A stretch of 64,000 bases of DNA from Octopus vulgaris. Lineage: Eukaryota. The position numbers and the translations under genes were made by a program. The stretch covers positions 65,038,001-65,102,000 of the forward strand of contig OX597831.1 of NCBI GenBank assembly GCA_951406725.2, written 5' to 3'. Positions 52,880-64,000 of the stretch are shown piece by piece (the first letter of the stretch is position 1; each line of letters starts with the position of its first letter). Below the pieces are notes generated by a model. That model did no database searches. It saw only the letters and a list, made by a program, of their open reading frames with translations, and had not been told where the DNA came from.

Positions 52880-53666
52880 GTGCAAACCATCTTAATCTTG
52901 TATCATCATCATCATCATCATCATCATCATCGTTTAACGTCCGCTTTCCATGCTAGCATGGGTTGGACGGTTCAACTGGGGTCTGGGAAGCCAGAAGGCT
53001 GCGCCAGGCCCGGTCTGATCTGGCAGTGTTTCTACAGCTGGATGCACTTCCTAACGCCAACCACTCCGTGAGTGTAGTGGGTGCTTTTTACGTGCCACCT
53101 GCACAGGTGCCAGGCGACGCTTGCAAACGGTCACGATCGGATGGTGCTTTTTATGTTTTATCTTTTACCTGTTTCCGTCGGCAACCTATCCTAGAAGGAT
53201 ATCGAACTCAGTACTTGTTTTTAAGCGTGGTACTCTTTTTGCCAAACCACCAACACGTCCCACAGAGATGTAAACAAACTAACACTGGTTGTCATGCTGT
53301 GGTGGAGGACAAACACAAAGACAGGCAGACAGGCAGACACACATCATCATCATCATCATCATCATCATCATTTAATATCTGTTTTCCATGCTGTCACGGA
53401 TCAGATTGTTTGACATGAGCTGGCAAGCCAGAGGACTGTACCAAGCTCAAGTGTCTGCTTTGGAATGGTTATTATGGCTGGATGCTGTTCCTAATGCCAA
53501 CCACTTTACAGAGTGTACTGGCTGTCTTTTTTTGTAGTACTTTTCCTAGACAAAAAAACCATATTGATTCATAAGATCAATATGGTCTTATTTTTCAATG
53601 TTCTGATTGATCTCAGAATCCAACCAGGCAGTTGCCTGTACATTGTCACTGTCTTAGAAATATACA

Positions 53667-53731
<65 letters not shown>

Positions 53732-54057
53732 TATGTTTGACTTTTGCTTTATGTCTGTACAAGTTGGCTCCAAGTCTCACCCAGAGACCTCAAGAGACAA
53801 CAGGTTGGAAGTTCACGTTGTTGTTATGCCTAGTGTGCCATATATTTGGGGTTTTTTTTTTTGGTGTTGTACTAGTGAATGTCTAATAAATAAATTAGAA
53901 AAAAAAAAAGTTTGTTTTAAACCTTGGGATTACATAGAGAGTATTTTGCGTAGGATATGGGCAGTTCCCATGAGCACTATCTTTTGAATTTCTGCCATTT
54001 TGGGGTTTCCTGATATCTGCGTTAGGTAGCAATCAGCCCCTTTCGCTATCATTCCCA

Positions 54058-54058
<1 letters not shown>
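53732..54058 (-). mobile_element. 3' end of an R4/Dong-like LINE inserted in (TTA)n
   Basis: Minus strand AEIQKIVLMGTAHILRKILSM* plus 3' UTR; long (TTA)n on both sides. Confidence 0.75.
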
Positions 54059-54124
<66 letters not shown>

Positions 54125-54404
54125 TCATGTGGATTCCCATCATGCCTTGATTGTGACTCCAAGATTACAACATGGTCATTCCGGTGTATTCTGATTACAA
54201 GGTGTTTGTGGGCTCACAACAACAGCAGAGGTCACCAAATAACTTACAAAACAAGATCTGTCAACTGAGTTGGAGGGTGGGGGGGAGTAGTTTTGTGGGA
54301 GGTTGATTCCTGTTGCTGTTACAGTTTCTGCCACAAACTATTATTATTGCCTGTTATTTTGTTAATTTTGCCTTTCATCTTTCCGGATTGATAAAAGAAA
54401 ATAC

Positions 54405-54636
54405 TTATTTCTTTACTACCCACAAGGGGCTAAACACAGAGAGGGCAAACAAGGACAGACAAACGGATTAAGTCGATTACATCGACCCCAGTGCGTAACT
54501 GGTACTTAATGTATCGACCCCAAAAGAATGAAAGGCAAAGTCGACCTCGGCGGAATTTGAACACAGAACGTAACGGCAGACGAAATACCGCTAAGCATTT
54601 CGCCCGGCATGCTAACGTTTCTGCCAGCTCGCCGCC
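54405..54636 (-). mobile_element. SINE family B, young copy
   Basis: CpGs largely intact; 14-bp TSD ATAAAAGAAAATAC. Confidence 0.9.
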
Positions 54637-55589
54637 TTAATAAAAGAAAATACCAGTCAAGTATTAGTGTTGATAGGATCAACTACCTTCCTCCACTAAA
54701 TCTCAGGCCATATGCCTATATTAGATATTGTTGTTGTTCTTGATGATTATTTTATTATTGTTGTTGTTGTTGTTAGGTGGGGAGCTGGCAGAATCATTAC
54801 CATACTGGGCAAAATGCTTAGCAGCATTTCATCTGTCTTTGCATTCTGAGTTCAAATTCTGCCAAGGTTGACTTTACCTTTCTTCCTTTTGGGATCAATA
54901 AAATAAGTACCAGTTGAGTATCAACTAGCTCCCTCTCCCAGAATTTCAGGCCTTCTGCCTATAATGGAAGGGATTATTTGTTTCCCATTCTTCTGGCCTG
55001 TGGCCAACATTGGTGGTCTACTCAGTCAAGATGAGCTCACATCTCCATCACTCAGAGTGGGAGCTGACGTCTGTGGGGCACTGAGGTGTCACTGTTGTAG
55101 GTCTCTCCACTCCACACTTCTTCATGGTCTGTCTTGCCACCTAAATGCTGGTCATTTTGCTCAGAACGACCATACGAGTGAGATCGTTGCCAGAGCAACA
55201 AGCTGGCCTTTGTACCGATGGCACATAAAACACACCATTCGAGCGTGATCGTTACTGCGTCGCCTTACTAGCACTTGTGCTGGTGGCATGTGAAATATTC
55301 GAGCGAGGTCGTCGCCAGTGCCGCTGGACTGGCTCCTGTGCAGGTGGCACGTAAAAAGCACCATTTGGGCATGGCCATTGCCAGTACCACCAAACTGGCC
55401 CTCGTGCCGGTGGCATGTAAAAGCACCAACTACATTCTTGGAGTTGTTGGCGTTAGGAAGGGCATCCAGCTGTAGAAACTCTGCCAGATCAGATTGGAGT
55501 CTGGTTCGCCAGACTTCAGTCAAATCATCCAACCCATGCTAGCATGGAAAGCGGACGTTAAATGATGATGATGATGACGCCGAACTAAA

Positions 55590-56150
55590 CTTAATTATTA
55601 AGCAAGCCCTGGAGCCAGCTGGATTATCCAGAAGTGATGGGAAGAGACCAGATAGTCTTATCTTTTGTCCCTGGGTAAGAAGTAGGAGCCTGATCTGGGA
55701 CACCACAGTCTGTGACTCTTCTAGATGCTGTGCTAAATGGGAGGGTCACTGTTTCCATAGCTAAATTGAACAAAATTCTTAAGTATTGGTACCTGTCAGT
55801 GAACCATTTCTTCCAGCTGGTGGCTTTTGAGACATTAGGGGGAACTGAGCTACTAATGGTGAAATTCTTGTCATTGTTGGCAGCTCGCCTTACCAAGGTG
55901 TCAGGTGATGCCTGTGAGGGTGTTTGGCTGTTCCAATGCCTTAGCCTCTCCATCGCCTGTGGTAATGTCATGAGTGTGTTGGCTTGCTTCAGTAGGTTCC
56001 ATTGAACCTTGTCGTGTGCAACCACTTAAGACACGCGGTGTTAAATTGATGTGTTTTTTCCCTTTCACTTTTCTTTTTTCTTTCATTTTTCTTTCTTTTC
56101 CTTTCCTTGTTCCTCTTTTTGTATTTTTATTTATATTTTTGGATATTAAA
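55590..56150 (+). pseudogene. CRE-clade non-LTR retrotransposon RLE-domain fragment
   Basis: EPAGLSRSDGKRPD..., LIWDTTVCD, VAFETLGG, QCLSLSIACGN motifs. Confidence 0.7.
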
Positions 56151-57731
56151 TAAATCTGATTGTGTCTTGAAAAAGAATACATACCATAATGTTAATGAGC
56201 TAAAATAATTTTTAATTAATTAAATAAGAAAGAAAAGTTATTCCAGTCAAAACAGAAATGTAAGGGATACAACGTAATCCAATTAAAAAATTGTCCTGTG
56301 ACATGCAGTGGAGAGGTGACCACCCTGGATATAATTTGGCATTATTAGAGCTCAGTGAATCATTCTTACTTGTATGTACCAAAACGTAGAAAACTGAAAG
56401 AAAATTGTAAAGATTTCCAATGCTTGATTGTCTGGTCAAAAGTTTGCTTCCCAATCACATGGTTTTCAGATCTTTATGTTTATTTGTTTACGTGAAGGCT
56501 CATGGCCTAGTGGTTAGGGTGTTGCACTCATGACTGCAAGATCACTGTTTCATTTCCCAGACTGAGTGGTGTGTTATATTCTTGCATAAAACGCTTCATT
56601 TCAAATTGCTCCAGTAACCAGCACTGTGACTCCTGAGACTCAAGATAGTAATGTCCAGTATATTTACATACTTACTTCTATGCCATCTGTTTGTTCAGAG
56701 AAAGCTTTATGTCCCCAGCAATAAAGCCTCATAACCACATTAACCCCAGTTCATTTCCATAACACAACACCTTGGCTAAGTGTTTTCTACCAAAACCCCT
56801 TTGGTAGAAGGAGACTGCAGAAATCCATTGTGTGTATTGTGCACCTATGTATTTTTATGTTATGCAGTAGTGTATGTTTTTTTCTGTTTCACTATATATC
56901 AGTGAAAAATGTAAACATTGGCTAGAAACCAGTACTGTTAAATAAAGTTCACTATATAAATTACAACCGTGTTTCGTGGTCTGTTACCACAACAGCTCCT
57001 TTATAGGAGCCAGTTAGCTCAAGACATCATCAGGAGGAACCACGTCCGGTTTCGGCCCCTACTTCTCTACCGTTTTGATGTGGCGGGGCCCCACCTTTTG
57101 GAGGTGTCTTCAGCTCTGGTGTTGGGTGCGTGTCTTCTTTCTTCTGTTCCCTGGCCTCTTCGGTGTATCGTCAGCAAGTGTCAAATTTTCCTTTTAAATA
57201 CCTGCCGCTGTCTCAGTGAAACCTATGAATAACAACTTGTTCACATGTCATGATATATATATAGTGTAAACTTACTATATGACATAGTGTCCTGCACATG
57301 TTTACACTAAGAAGGAAACATATTGTCCCTGTTGTAATTCACAATGAAAATTATTTCACTTTTCATAGTATGCCAGGCTTTGATTTCTGTAAAACAACTT
57401 GACAAAACATTCTTACTGATGTCCTAAATCAATGGTTATCAAATGTATTTTGCCATGGAACCAACCCTTATACAATTTTCTAAAACTCACTGAACCCTTA
57501 TTTTATGGACAACCTCGCTCGGAAAAGTATTTCTTCATTTAAAAAAAAATTATATATAGTAACTTATTATTTTGAAAATGATCCATAACATTTTATTTTT
57601 TTATAAATTTTGTTAAATTTTATAGACGACCTTACTCTTACAATTCCAGAATTTTTCTCAGAACCCACTAATCTTATGTTAGGATGCACATGTTGATTGT
57701 AATATGTTTGTTTTTGTCTTTTTCTTTCCAG

Positions 57732-57859
57732 GTAGACATGGTGTTTATGTCGCTCGTTAGTGATCGAAAAGTTGTCGAATTAGCACGAGATTTTCTTAGA
57801 GAGAGAGGAAAATCTATAAAGATTATATCAAAAATTGAAAACTACAAAGGAGTAAAGAA
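57732..57859 (+). CDS. PKM: Pyruvate kinase-like coding exon 6
   Basis: TTTCCAG|GTA; VDMVFMSLVSDRKVVELARDFLRERGKSIKIISKIENYKGVK, containing the PK signature KIISKIEN; phase 2 donor GTATGT. Confidence 0.93.
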
Positions 57860-58062
57860 GTATGTGGTCTCCCTTTTTTTTTTCCAGAACTGATGAAAGG
57901 GGTCTATTGTGATTGTTGTTATTTGTAAACAGAGGTTGTTAGTAATAAATAGAAATACATAGGTAGGGGTATGATAAGCTAGAATAAGGGTGGATTGTGA
58001 TCTTTTTTAAGTAATGAAAGAATTACTGAAAGAATTACTGAAGGAGCAAATGTGATCAAAGG

Positions 58063-58472
58063 GGATCTTTTTGGTTTGAACGGCAGTTTTTAACATAATT
58101 TCTAGGCAACTAAAAAATTTTAAACTTCGTATACTGGTAGAATGTGTTTATAAAACATCTTTTTCTCTTGGCTTTATTGAGAAAATTCTATAGTTAGTAA
58201 GATATTTGTTGTTGTTTTTTTCTTCAATTTCTGCAATTTCAACCAATCACTGACGTCCATTGAGGTAAAAAACATTATGTGCCGTATGAATATGTCCCTC
58301 GTTTAAGAAACAGATTAGGTTTATTTACATTTGTGAAGAAAAAAGATACCCTTCCCCCCAACCATAACCCTAAAACAGATTGAAATGCAATAATTATACT
58401 AGGGTCATAATTATGGGTGATAATTTCATATGACACCGCTAGAAAAAACTGCCATTCAAACCGAAAAGATCC
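58063..58472 (-). mobile_element. TTAGGG-bearing MITE, copy 3
   Basis: Same TIRs; perfect 8-bp TSD ATCAAAGG. Confidence 0.88.
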
Positions 58473-58755
58473 ATCAAAGGTATTCCAACTGCAGCCAACA
58501 TGGCTTTTGAAGCTATGTATGACTACAATAACTGTGATATTTAAGAGGGTTGAGTGTAATATGAAGGGTTTTTGGCTGTTATTTCTACCAGACTGAGCAA
58601 CTGTATAGACATTCTCTCATTAACTTGGATATTTGTTGTTTTTGTTAAGTTTAAAATTCATTATAGTTTATGACAGACATATTTTGGACCAAAGATGACT
58701 GAACTAGGTGTGTTGCATTTTGGGGGGAAAATTTTGAGCAAACTTATGCTAGTAA

Positions 58756-59085
58756 TTTCGTTTTTGGATTTGGTTTGCAAGATTCTTTATATGAGTTCGT
58801 GTGTTGAAGCATATTCTGTTGTGTCCGGGGAGAGTCATTCTCTTTTAGTGCCTTATTATTTAACACACTCACCGGTAAAATTTCCACTTATTTCTTATTT
58901 TTTATTTTCTAAAATTTTCGTTGCGTGTTGCAACCTTTTCAATAGTCTTGACTATTTATTGCAACACGCAATGAAAAATTTAGAAAATAAAAAATAAAAA
59001 AGTAAGTGGAAATTTTACCAGTGAGTGTGTTAAATAATAAGGCACTAAAAGAGAATGACTCTCCCCAGACACAACAGATTATGCT
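58756..59085. mobile_element. Fold-back Penelope-like terminal-repeat remnant
   Basis: ~126-bp inverted arms 58808-58933 and 58959-59085; 12-bp direct repeat TTATGCTAGTAA at both ends. Confidence 0.7.
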
Positions 59086-59267
59086 AGTAAAGTGTTTAAT
59101 AATTTCTCTAACATATATATTGTGTGGTTTAACATGAGATAGCTATGTTTAGTAGAAGAGAGTATTTACTGTTAGATTTGTGTTTGATGATCACAGTCTG
59201 TTCTTGTAAATGAATTAAGGTACCAGTCAAGTAAACTATTCTGGATGTGCATGGAATTAGTAGAGAA

Positions 59268-59676
59268 GGCATGGCAGAAACGTTAGCACGCTGGTCGGAA
59301 TGCCTAGCGGTATTTCGGCTGCCATTACGTTCTGAGTTCAAATTCCGCCGAGGTCGACTTTGCCTTTCATCCTTACGGGGTCGATAAATTAAGTACTAGT
59401 TACGCACTGGGGTCAATGTAATCGACTTAATCCGTTTGTCTGTCCTTGTTTGTCCTCTCTGTGTTTAGTCCCTTGTGGGTAGTAAAGAAATAGGTATTTC
59501 GGCTGCCGTTACGTTCTGAGTTCAAATTCCACCAAGGTCGACTTTGCCTTTCATCCCTTCAGGGTCAATTAAATAAGTACCAGTTAGGCACTGGGGCCGA
59601 TGTAATCAAATTAATCGCTTTGTCTGTCCTTGTTTGTCCTCTCTATGTTTAGCCTCCTTTGGGCAATAAAGAAATA
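59268..59676 (+). mobile_element. SINE family B head-to-tail dimer
   Basis: Junction AAAGAAATA|GGTATTTCG at 59492/59493. Confidence 0.85.
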
Positions 59677-60254
59677 GATAATTGGCATTGATTGCAGTGG
59701 TTGTTAAGCATGCAGCCCAGACTGAAAGAGGCAACTAGATGTAGTCCAGAATAGTAGGTCATCTTACTGACCATTTCACTGCAGACATAAAAGTAACGGA
59801 CTGCAGGTCAGATATGGCCTGTATTTGACCAAACAGTGAGAGACAGCAGGACAACTGATGAATAGCAAACCTGCTTACAAGGACAACAGACTAGCTATGG
59901 ACTCACCAACTCAGATACAGCTTTTATATGTAACCCAGATACTATCATTCAGTAAAGTGACCAACTTGACGATCATTATTCCAAGTTGTGAATTACAATT
60001 GAGTTCTTACAAAAACTAGTATGAATCCACTATGATCTGAAGCATATTATGGACCATATATTTATTACAATGTGCGTTTCTTGATTAGCCTCAGGGCTAT
60101 TGATATACTCAGTCAGTTAACTGTATACATAACCTGAATATCTTTCTGCCTGTACTTAAGTACCTGCATATATGTATTCCTCTGTTTTTGACCCAACACA
60201 GTGCCTTACCATTTAAGTGCCTGATTCACTTGAATCCTGATCTATTATATATAT

Positions 60255-60450
60255 AGCTAATCCAAACACAAAAACACAAAGAGAAAACACAACAATGTGA
60301 GGACGTGGAACAAGTATAGTGTTATTGGACGCACAGGAAAGGGAAGAAAGAAAGAGGGTTTAACGTTTCAAGTGGAGCTCTTAGTCAGAAACATAGGAAA
60401 AGGAAAGATCCAAGAAAGGGAAGACGGAGGAAAAAAAATCGCGAATGATA
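60255..60450 (-). mobile_element. Penelope-like terminal-repeat remnant with decayed hammerhead
   Basis: Starts at (TA)n; minus strand GTTT-CTGACTA-A-GAGCTCCACTT-GAAA-CG-TT-AAAC. Confidence 0.45.
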
Positions 60451-60853
60451 CACACGCAGTCACATATATGTATATAAGCACACACACTCACATATACGTT
60501 GGTATAAAGATATGTGAATATAGAAGTATAGTGGGGTATGTGTGTGTGTTGGGAAGTGTATAATGGGTAGGTGGGTGTTGGTGACACAAGGTTCTAAAGC
60601 AAACTTCTTCACCACATGCCCATATGCAAACATGTATGCATGTATGTATCACTGGTAGATCTCTAGAATACTATGTTCATTTTTATATCTGTGACATTTG
60701 TTCTTTTCTTTCTATTATTTTATTCATGTCAAAATTGAAATCTCATCTATAAGTCAGTACACTTTATCACTGTTGATTATAGCTTTTAACAGCATTTTTC
60801 AATTTTATTTTTTGTTAAACTAAAGTTCTCATTTTTTTCCTTCTGTTTTCCAG

Positions 60854-61004
60854 TATCAATGATATCATCTCTGTATCAGATGGAATCATTATATCTCGAG
60901 GCAATCTTGGCATTAGCATAAAACCTGAAAAGTTGTTCAAAGCTCAGAAAATGATCACTGGTCTTGCTAACATTGCCGGAAAATCTGTTACATGTGCAAG
61001 CCAG
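60854..61004 (+). CDS. PKM: Pyruvate kinase-like coding exon 7
   Basis: TTTCCAG|T; INDIISVSDGIIISRGNLGISIKPEKLFKAQKMITGLANIAGKSVTCASQ; 151 nt as in vertebrate PKM; not listed in the ORF track. Confidence 0.93.
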
Positions 61005-61614
61005 GTCTGTAGATCTATGAATTTACTTCAATCATTTCACTGTATGATAATATATTTCTGATAATATTTTATAATTATGTATTTATACCACTATCCATGC
61101 ATACTTATGACAGCAGCAATCAAGCTTTGTGCTACTAAAACTTCTATACTTGCTTGCTTCTTTCATGCACTTGCTTCATGGAAATTGGGTCATCCCAGAT
61201 TAGTGATCCCAAAGATGTCATTATGTGTATAGCCAACTAGATTCACCACTCGTCTCTATTGCTGGTGGTAGTGTGGCAGCCCTTCTGCATCCTCCAAGGT
61301 GATGTTCAGCCTCTGGGGATCTTTCCCAATGATGTCCAGCCATCTTGAATTTGAAGAACAGCTCCAAATATATATGTATCTTTATTTAGTTTGCAAGATT
61401 CTTTATGTGAGTTTGTGTGTTGAAGCATATTTTATTGTGACTGGGGAGAGTCGTTCTCTTTTATTGCCTTATTATTTAACACACTCACCGGTTCACTTTC
61501 CACTCATTTACTTATTTTTTCTGAAGTTTTTGTTGCTTCTTGTAACCTTTTCAATAGTATATAATGTATATGTATATATAATATATATATTTATATAATA
61601 TATAATATATATAT

Positions 61615-61687
<73 letters not shown>

Positions 61688-61689
<2 letters not shown>

Positions 61690-63720
61690 TTTTGATCTGT
61701 CATTGCCTCTGTGAAGCAATGCTTCACCACCTCTTCCCATGTCTTCCTGGGTCTTCCTCTACCACAGGTTCCCTCCACAGTTAGAGTTCGGCACTTCTTT
61801 ACACAGCTGTCCTCATCCATACACATATCAGAGCAGTCATCTCTCTTGCATGTCACATCTGATGCCCACATTTTCCTCAAGACACTCTGTCACACACACA
61901 CACTGACATTGCACATCCTGCGAAGCATGCTAACTTCATTTCTTTCAAGCCAATGCATGTCCTCGGTAGTCACAGCTCATGTTTCACTGCCATGTAGCAT
62001 AGCTGTTCACATGCAGGTATCATACAGTCTGCCTTTGCAGAGGCCCTTTGTTGCCAACAGAGGCAGGAGCTCTCTGAACTTTGCCCAGCCTATTCTTATT
62101 CTCTCAGCTACACTCTCAAAGCATCCCCCCCCACTACTGACTTGGTCACCTAGATAACAGAAGCTATCAACTACCTCTAGGTTACCCACCTGACATTTGA
62201 TGGGGTCTATTTTCTATACATTTTTAGTGTTTATTGTACCTGTGCACCTTCCACACACAAAAACTATTTTCCCAGTTAACCTTCCTCTGATATTGCTGCA
62301 CCTCTTATGTGTCCATAGCTTGCACTGGGTATATCTTATGGAATGTCTACCTATGCCTTTCCTATAGATCAAGTAGGGCCATCCATCTAAATGAAGGGAT
62401 TTGTGATTTGTCTGCTTTCCTACTTATTAAGACTTTGGTTTTTGCTAGGTTAACTCTAAGACCCTTTGATTCTAGATCTTGCTTCCACACCTGAAATTAC
62501 TTCTTTAGTTCTCGTAGTGATTCAGCTCTAAGAACAAGGTCATCAGCATAAAGGAACTCCCAGGTGCAACCCTTCTTAAATTCTTCTGTTATTGCCTGGA
62601 GGACCATGATGAACAACAGGGGGCTGAGGACTGATTCTTGGTGAACTCCTACTTATACCCTGAATTCATCGCTATTGCCTCATCTTACTGACTGCATCTC
62701 TGTACATGACTTGTACAGCTCTCACAAACCTCTCATCTATCCCTAGTTTCTGCATTGACCATCAGATAAGAGATCAGGAGACCCTGTCAAAGGCTTTCTC
62801 CATGTTAACAAAAGTCAAGTACAGAGATTTATTTTTGGCTAAGTACTTTCCTGCAGCTTCCTTACAAGAAATACAGCATCAATGGTGCTTCTCCCTGGCA
62901 CAGAACCAAACTGCAGCTCATCTAGACTAACTCTCTCCCTAATTAGTTGGGCTATGACCCTCTCCATGACTTTCATCACCTGATCCAACAATTTGTTACC
63001 TCTGTAATTAGTTCTATCTAAAGTATCATCTTTACCTTTGTAGCAGTTGACTATGGTGCTGTTACCCCAGTTATTGGGTATGACTCATTTGTGTACCACC
63101 TGATTAACTATACAGGTAACTAGACCATAACCCACACTGCCAGACATCTTAAGCATCTCAGTGGTTATTCCTGAGGAGCTGGGGGACTTTCCCCATCTTC
63201 ATATCCTTCATGGCTTTGTCTACAACACGGATCTTTACGGTTTGAACGGCAGTTTTTAACATAATTTCCACGTAACTAAACACTTTTAAACTTCGTATAC
63301 TGGTAGAATGTGTTTATAAAACATCTTTTTTTCTTGGCTTTATTGAGAAAATTCTATAGTTAGTAAGATATTTGTTGTTGTTTTTTTCTTCAATTTCTGC
63401 AATTTCAACCAATCACTGACATCCATTGAGGTAAACAATATTCTGTGCCGTATGAATATGTCCCTCATTTAAGAAACAGATTGGGTTTATTTACATTTCT
63501 GAAGAAAAAAGATACCCTTCCTGCCACCCCTAACCCTAACCCTAACCAAACCTAACCCTAAAGCAGATTGAAATGCAATAGATCAATTTTAGGGTCATAA
63601 TTATGGGTGACAATTTCATAAGACACCGCTAGAAAAAACTGCCGTTCAAACCGAAAAGATCCCTACAACACTACTGTCTATTCGACTTTGTCTACAATGC
63701 TACTGTCAATTCTTCTGCCT
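61688..63720 (-). mobile_element. Decayed RTE-clade LINE (RT and C-terminus), interrupted by MITE copy 4
   Basis: GVHQESVLSPLLF, FLYADDLVL, LEVVDSFCYLGD, EGTCGRGRPRKTW motifs on minus strand. Confidence 0.85.
63229..63662 (-). mobile_element. TTAGGG-bearing MITE, copy 4
   Basis: Same TIRs; perfect 9-bp TSD CTACAACAC. Confidence 0.88.
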
Positions 63721-63795
63721 AACACTTGAAGATAACAGTTAATGAATAGCTATTGTTTGATTCTGTAATAAATGTTGATTTTCTTTAACCTACAG

Positions 63796-63948
63796 ATGCT
63801 GGAGAGTATGACCATACATCCTCGACCTACCCGTGCTGAAGCAGGAGATGTCGCTAATTCTGTCTTAGATGGCATTGATTGTGTTATGTTGTCATCTGAA
63901 ACTGCTAAAGGAAAATATGTAATACAAAGCATCAAAACTTTAGTGCAG
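63796..63948 (+). CDS. PKM: Pyruvate kinase-like coding exon 8
   Basis: CAG|ATG; [51 protein letters not shown]; 153 nt; donor GTAAGG. Confidence 0.95.
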
Positions 63949-64000
63949 GTAAGGCTACAAGGTTATACTGCAATAATTTTATAGCTTAAAAGATAGTAAT

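Larger units (their letters stand above)
36538..63948 (+). other. PKM: Pyruvate kinase-like gene, partial (3' exons beyond window; 5' non-coding exon not located)
   Basis: Eight GT-AG coding exons join in frame: 136+95+123+187+152+128+151+153 = 1125 nt, 375 codons; upstream acceptor TTTTTCCAG|36538. Confidence 0.92.

Overview
AT-rich, microsatellite-dense animal genomic DNA. The SINE, Penelope and RTE repertoire is most consistent with an octopus or other coleoid cephalopod (inference). Positions ~1-36 kb look intergenic and contain tRNA-derived SINEs, two large inverted-repeat Penelope-like elements (PLEs) in (TA)n, solo LTRs, non-autonomous Helitrons, decayed mariners, LINE fragments and a TTAGGG-bearing MITE. 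From 36.5 kb to the end lies a + strand pyruvate kinase-like gene: 8 coding exons, 375 codons in an unbroken frame, C-terminus beyond the window, intron positions largely shared with vertebrate PKM. Many substrate, K+ and metal ligands are substituted (RLNFSHG>RLVMAYG, DTKGPE>DIAGPE, ARGD>SRGN, ATQ>ASQ, SGET>SSET), so it is a candidate pseudoenzyme. The lost metal-binding Asp is an AAT codon that one A-to-I edit would restore. Also notable: several PLE terminal-repeat families carry minimal hammerhead ribozymes with different non-canonical cores, and one SINE forms dimers joined at its anticodon-loop equivalent. All alignments and folds were done by eye.
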